DNA of 2,827 nucleotides from Enterobacteria phage CUS-3: sequence record FN394988.1; one strand, 5' to 3'. Shown piece by piece: positions 1 to 2,827 of this stretch (position 1 is its first letter; each line of letters starts with the position of its first letter). The notes under the pieces were generated by a model. It saw only the letters and a program-made list of their open reading frames with translations, ran no database searches and was not told where the DNA came from. The position numbers and the translations under genes were made by a program.

Positions 1-543
1 ATGGCGCGCCCAACAAAGTATCAAGAGGCGTATGCCGAACAGGCACGCAAACTGTGCTTGCTGGGCTACACCGATGCAGAGCTTGCTGATTTCTTCGAAG
101 TCAGTGAGTCAACTATTAACAAGTGGAAGCTTGATTATCCTGAGTTTTCGGAGTCCATAAAAAAGGGTAAGGCCGTCGCTGATGCAGAAGTTAGTGACCG
201 TCTTTATCAACGCGCTATGGGCTTCGTGGCTCCAGACATCGATATTCGTGTTATTGAAAACAGAATTGTCGAAACTCCTCTTGAGAAGTATTACCCGCCT
301 GATACAACAGCTGCCATCTTCTGGCTTAAGAACCGACAGAAGGATAAATGGCGCGACAAGGTTGATCACGAGCTAACAGGCAAAGACGGCGGCGCAATCC
401 AGATTGAAACATCACCGATGAGTACTCTATTCGGAAAANNNNNNNNNNNNNNNNNNNNNNNNNNNNNNNNNNNNNNNNNNNNNNNNNNNNNNNNNNNNNN
501 NNNNNNNNNNNNNNNNNNNNNNNNNNNNNNNNNNNNNNTCTGA
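1..543 (+). CDS. Phage terminase small subunit (TerS, HTH-containing DNA-recognition subunit); 146 codons readable (1-438), 3' end lost in N run
   Basis: ATG at 1 in frame +1; translation MARPTKYQEAYAEQARKLCLLGYTDAELADFFEVSESTINKWKLDYPEF...AAIFWLKNRQKDKWRDKVDHELTGKDGGAIQIETSPMSTLFGK. The N-terminal RPTKY...helix-turn-helix...W(K/L)xxxPEF pattern and the FWLKNR...WRDK motif are characteristic of enterobacterial phage small terminase subunits (recalled family pattern, not searched). The stop at 541-543 lies beyond the N run, so the true 3' end is not established. Confidence 0.7.
   Translation: MARPTKYQEAYAEQARKLCLLGYTDAELADFFEVSESTINKWKLDYPEFSESIKKGKAVADAEVSDRLYQRAMGFVAPDIDIRVIENRIVETPLEKYYPPDTTAAIFWLKNRQKDKWRDKVDHELTGKDGGAIQIETSPMSTLFGKXXXXXXXXXXXXXXXXXXXXXXXXXXXXXXXXXX
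67..129 (+). other. Predicted helix-turn-helix DNA-binding motif within TerS (residues ~23-43, YTDAELADFFEVSESTINKWK)
   Basis: Helix, short turn, then recognition helix ending in a conserved Trp, at the N-terminus as in small terminase DNA-binding domains. Assigned by eye. Confidence 0.45.
439..538. other. Run of 100 N (assembly gap of conventional unknown length, or mask)
   Basis: Counted directly; exactly 100 N, not a multiple of 3. Confidence 0.99.
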
Positions 544-1762
544 GCCATGTGTAAAATATTATGATGGCATTCTGTATCTGACGACCAGGGGGACATTAAG
601 TACTCAACCCGGTAGTTCATTGCACAGAAGCTCTGATTTAGGTACATCATGGAATTCTCTTCGCTTCCCAAATAATGTTCATCACTCAAACCTTCCTTTT
701 GCCAAAGTTGGCGATGAGCTGATTATTTTTGGCAGTGAGCGCGCATTTGGTGAGTGGGAAGGAGGAGAACCTGATAACCGTTATGCAGGAAACTATCCAA
801 GAACATTTATGACCAGAGTTAACGTCAATGAGTGGAGTCTGGATAATGTAGAGTGGGTTAATGTTACTGATCAGATTTATCAGGGCGGAATAGTTAACTC
901 TGCGGTTGGTGTTGGTTCAGTTTGTATCAAAGACAACTGGCTGTACTACATTTTCGGTGGGGAAGACTTTCTAAACCCATGGAGCATAGGGGATAACAAC
1001 AGAAAATATCCTTATGTTCACGATGGTCACNNNNNNNNNNNNNNNNNNNNNNNNNNNNNNNNNNNNNNNNNNNNNNNNNNNNNNNNNNNNNNNNNNNNNN
1101 NNNNNNNNNNNNNNNNNNNNNNNNNNNNNNNNNNNNNNNNNNNNNNNNNNNNNNNNNNNNNNNNNNNNNNNNNNNNNNNNNNNNNNNNNNNNNNNNNNNN
1201 NNNNNNNNNNNNNNNNNNNNNNNNNNNNNNNNNNNNNNNNNNNNNNNNNNNNNNNNNNNNNNNNNNNNNNNNNNNNNNNNNNNNNNNNNNNNNNNNNNNN
1301 NNNNNNNNNNNNNNNNNNNNNAGCGGCGGTGAAACAACGTCTTCAGCAGATGGTGCAATGATAACGTTGCATGGTTCCGGAAGCAGTACTCCACGTCGCG
1401 CGGTATATAACGCACTCGAACATCTTTTTGAGAACGGAGATGTTAAACCTTATCTTGATAATGTAAATGCTCTTGGTGGTCCGGGAAACAGGTTCTCGAT
1501 AGTTTATCTTGGCTCCAATCCTGTGGTTACCAGTGACGGAACATTAAAGACAGAGCCGGTCTCTCCTGACGAAACATTGCTGGATGCCTGGGGTGACGTC
1601 AGGTATATCGCTTATAAATGGCTGAACGCTGTCGCTATAAAGGGGGAAGAAGGGGCGAGGATACATCATGGTGTAATCGCGCAGCAACTTCGTGATGTTC
1701 TTATTTCTCACGGACTCATGGAAGAAGAAAGCACAACATGCCGCTATGCCTTTCTTTGCTAT
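542..1762 (+). CDS. Tailspike/tail fiber with sialidase-like beta-propeller segment and C-terminal intramolecular chaperone (Peptidase_S74) domain; endosialidase-like; partial at both ends, interrupted by N run 1031-1321
   Basis: Frame +2 has no stop in 542-1030 (EPCVKYYDGILYLTTRGTLSTQPGSSLHRSSDLGTSWNSLRF...NWLYYIFGGEDFLNPWSIGDNNRKYPYVHDGH) or 1322-1762 (SGGETTSSADGAMITLHGSGSS...NPVVTSDGTLKTEPVSPDETLLDAWGDVRYIAYKWLNAVAIKGEEGARIHHGVIAQQLRDVLISHGLMEEESTTCRYAFLCY). First block has an Asp-box (SSDLGTSW). Second block matches the S74 pattern S-D-x-x-L-K ... Y-x-W-K/L ... G-x-I-A-Q. No start codon is visible: the first in-frame ATG is at 809, well inside the domain. Confidence 0.6.
629..652 (+). 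other. Asp-box (BNR) motif S-x-D-x-G-x-[ST]-W, hallmark of sialidase-fold beta-propellers
   Basis: Codons agc tct gat tta ggt aca tca tgg = SSDLGTSW in frame +2. Confidence 0.6.
1031..1321. other. Run of 291 N inside the tailspike reading frame (97 codons if length is literal)
   Basis: Counted directly; 291 = 3 x 97, and frame +2 is open on both sides. Confidence 0.99.
1532..1552 (+). other. Predicted autoproteolytic maturation site of the S74 intramolecular chaperone domain (SDGTLKT; cleavage expected after the Ser)
   Basis: In S74-domain tail fibers and endosialidases the C-terminal chaperone is released by cleavage at a conserved Ser in an S-D-x-R/x-L-K motif; SDGTLKT sits at the expected distance upstream of the YKW and GVIAQ motifs. 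Confidence 0.45.
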
Positions 1763-2179
1763 NNNNNNNNNNNNNNNNNNNNNNNNNNNNNNNNNNNNNN
1801 NNNNNNNNNNNNNNNNNNNNNNNNNNNNNNNNNNNNNNNNNNNNNNNNNNNNNNNNNNNNNNNNNNNNNNNNNNNNNNNNNNNNNNNNNNNNNNNNNNNN
1901 NNNNNNNNNNNNNNNNNNNNNNNNNNNNNNNNNNNNNNNNNNNNNNNNNNNNNNNNNNNNNNNNNNNNNNNNNNNNNNNNNNNNNNNNNNNNNNNNNNNN
2001 NNNNNNNNNNNNNNNNNNNNNNNNNNNNNNNNNNNNNNNNNNNNNNNNNNNNNNNNNNNNNNNNNNNNNNNNNNNNNNNNNNNNNNNNNNNNNNNNNNNN
2101 NNNNNNNNNNNNNNNNNNNNNNNNNNNNNNNNNNNNNNNNNNNNNNNNNNNNNNNNNNNNNNNNNNNNNNNNNNNNNNN
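1763..2179. other. Run of 417 N covering the 3' end of the tailspike gene, any intergenic region, and the 5' end of the acetyltransferase gene
   Basis: Counted directly; 417 = 3 x 139. It ends immediately before an ATG at 2180. Confidence 0.99.
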
Positions 2180-2827
2180 ATGTTGTTTTCCGTTGATGAT
2201 AATGGGTCAGGTAATGTTTTTGTATGTGGAGATCTTGTAAATAGCAAAGAGAATAAAGTTCAGTTCAATGGAAACAATAACAAACTTATTATAGAAGATG
2301 ATGTTGAGTGTCGATGGCTTACCGTAATATTTAGGGGTGATAATAATTACGTAAGAATACATAAAAACAGTAAGATTAAAGGTGATATTGTCGCAACAAA
2401 AGGTTCAAAAGTTATTATCGGTAGAAGAACGACAATAGGTGCAGGTTTTGAAGTCGTCACTGATAAGTGCAATGTTACAATTGGCCATGACTGCATGATA
2501 GCAAGAGATGTTATTTTGCGTGCATCAGATGGGCATCCTATATTTGATATTCATAGCAAAAAAAGGATTAATTGGGCAAAAGATATCATTATATCTAGTT
2601 ACGTATGGGTAGGGAGAAATGTCTCTATAATGAAAGGAGTATCTGTTGGAAGCGGATCTGTCATTGGGTATGGGAGTATTGTAACTAAAGATGTGCCATC
2701 TATGTGTGCAGCAGCCGGTAATCCAGCAAAAATAATAAAAAGAAATATAATATGGGCAAGAACGGATAAAGCGGAGCTAATTAGTGATGACAAGAGATGC
2801 TCCAGCTATCATGCGAAGCTCACGCAA
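2180..2827 (+). CDS. neuO: Hexapeptide-repeat (left-handed beta-helix) O-acetyltransferase, NeuO-like (polysialic acid O-acetyltransferase); 216 codons readable, no stop before window end, true 5' end may lie in the N run
   Basis: Frame +2 is open from ATG 2180 to 2827. Translation MLFSVDDNGSGNVFVCGDLV...IKGDIVATKGSKVIIGRRTTIGAGFEVVTDKCNVTIGHDCMIARDVILRASDGHPIFD...YVWVGRNVSIMKGVSVGSGSVIGYGSIVTKDVPSMCAAAGNPAKIIKRN shows repeated [LIV]-G-x-x-x-x hexapeptide units and the C-terminal GNPAKIIK signature of NodL/LacA/maltose-acetyltransferase-type enzymes. Position directly downstream of an endosialidase-like tailspike matches neuO in prophage CUS-3. Counting from Met 2180, residue 119 is His and 143 is Trp, which I recall (unverified) as the residues reported essential in NeuO. 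Region is clearly AT-rich. Confidence 0.7.
   Translation, partial: MLFSVDDNGSGNVFVCGDLVNSKENKVQFNGNNNKLIIEDDVECRWLTVIFRGDNNYVRIHKNSKIKGDIVATKGSKVIIGRRTTIGAGFEVVTDKCNVTIGHDCMIARDVILRASDGHPIFDIHSKKRINWAKDIIISSYVWVGRNVSIMKGVSVGSGSVIGYGSIVTKDVPSMCAAAGNPAKIIKRNIIWARTDKAELISDDKRCSSYHAKLTQ

Noticed and set aside
109-369. Minus-strand 86-aa ORF inside the terS coding region
   Set aside because: Entirely antisense to a well-supported coding frame; no recognisable motifs; typical shadow ORF.
182-376. Plus-strand 64-aa ORF in an alternative frame inside terS
   Set aside because: Overlaps the terS frame out of phase; Leu/Ser/Arg-rich translation typical of off-frame reading.
541-543. TGA taken by the ORF track as the terS stop codon
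   Set aside because: It lies after 100 N of unknown content, so being in frame with terS is not evidence of the true stop; the real terminus probably lies within or before the gap.
366-689. Minus-strand 107-aa ORF spanning the first N run
   Set aside because: Mostly X from N translation and antisense to the terS and tailspike frames.
927-1415. Minus-strand 162-aa ORF and plus-strand ORF 1014-1361 spanning the second N run
   Set aside because: Both exist only because N codons cannot contain stops; the readable flanks are antisense or out of frame relative to the tailspike frame.
1692-2247. ORFs 1692-2240 (+), 1738-2196 (+) and 1759-2247 (-) spanning the third N run
   Set aside because: Artefacts of the 417-N run; readable ends overlap the tailspike and acetyltransferase frames out of phase.
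2558-2564. A7 homopolymer inside the acetyltransferase coding sequence as a possible slipped-strand switch
   Set aside because: Seven A's is short for efficient slippage and the frame reads through cleanly; the expected phase-variation element for this gene family is the 5' heptanucleotide tract.
2599-2793. Minus-strand 64-aa hydrophobic ORF inside the acetyltransferase gene
   Set aside because: Antisense to a strongly supported hexapeptide-repeat coding frame; hydrophobicity is expected from reverse-reading an AT-rich Gly/Ile/Val-rich gene.
1-2827. Search of readable sequence for tandem AAGACTC/GAGTCTT heptamers, tRNA-like structures, CRISPR-like repeats, IS-type terminal inverted repeats
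   Set aside because: None seen by eye; only isolated GAGTC-like words occur. Absence in readable sequence says nothing about the N runs.

Overview
The window holds four readable blocks separated by three N runs (439-538, 100 nt; 1031-1321, 291 nt; 1763-2179, 417 nt). Block 1 (1-438, frame +1) encodes a phage terminase small subunit with an N-terminal helix-turn-helix. Blocks 2 and 3 (542-1030 and 1322-1762, frame +2, no stops) encode a sialidase-like beta-propeller segment with an Asp-box, followed by the junction into a C-terminal intramolecular chaperone (Peptidase_S74) domain; this is the architecture of a phage endosialidase tailspike. Block 4 (2180-2827, frame +2, no stop before the window end) encodes an AT-rich hexapeptide-repeat acetyltransferase that I interpret as NeuO-like. 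Tailspike plus acetyltransferase matches the known capsule-targeting and capsule-modifying module of P22-like E. coli K1 prophage CUS-3, so this looks like a known system rather than a new one. The supplied ORF track misses both frame +2 genes and lists only the terminase plus overlapping or antisense ORFs that I consider spurious. Main caveats: every gene is interrupted by N runs, physical linkage of the blocks cannot be verified, and terS sitting next to a tailspike is not a normal phage gene order. All identifications are from reading the translations by eye; no searches were run.
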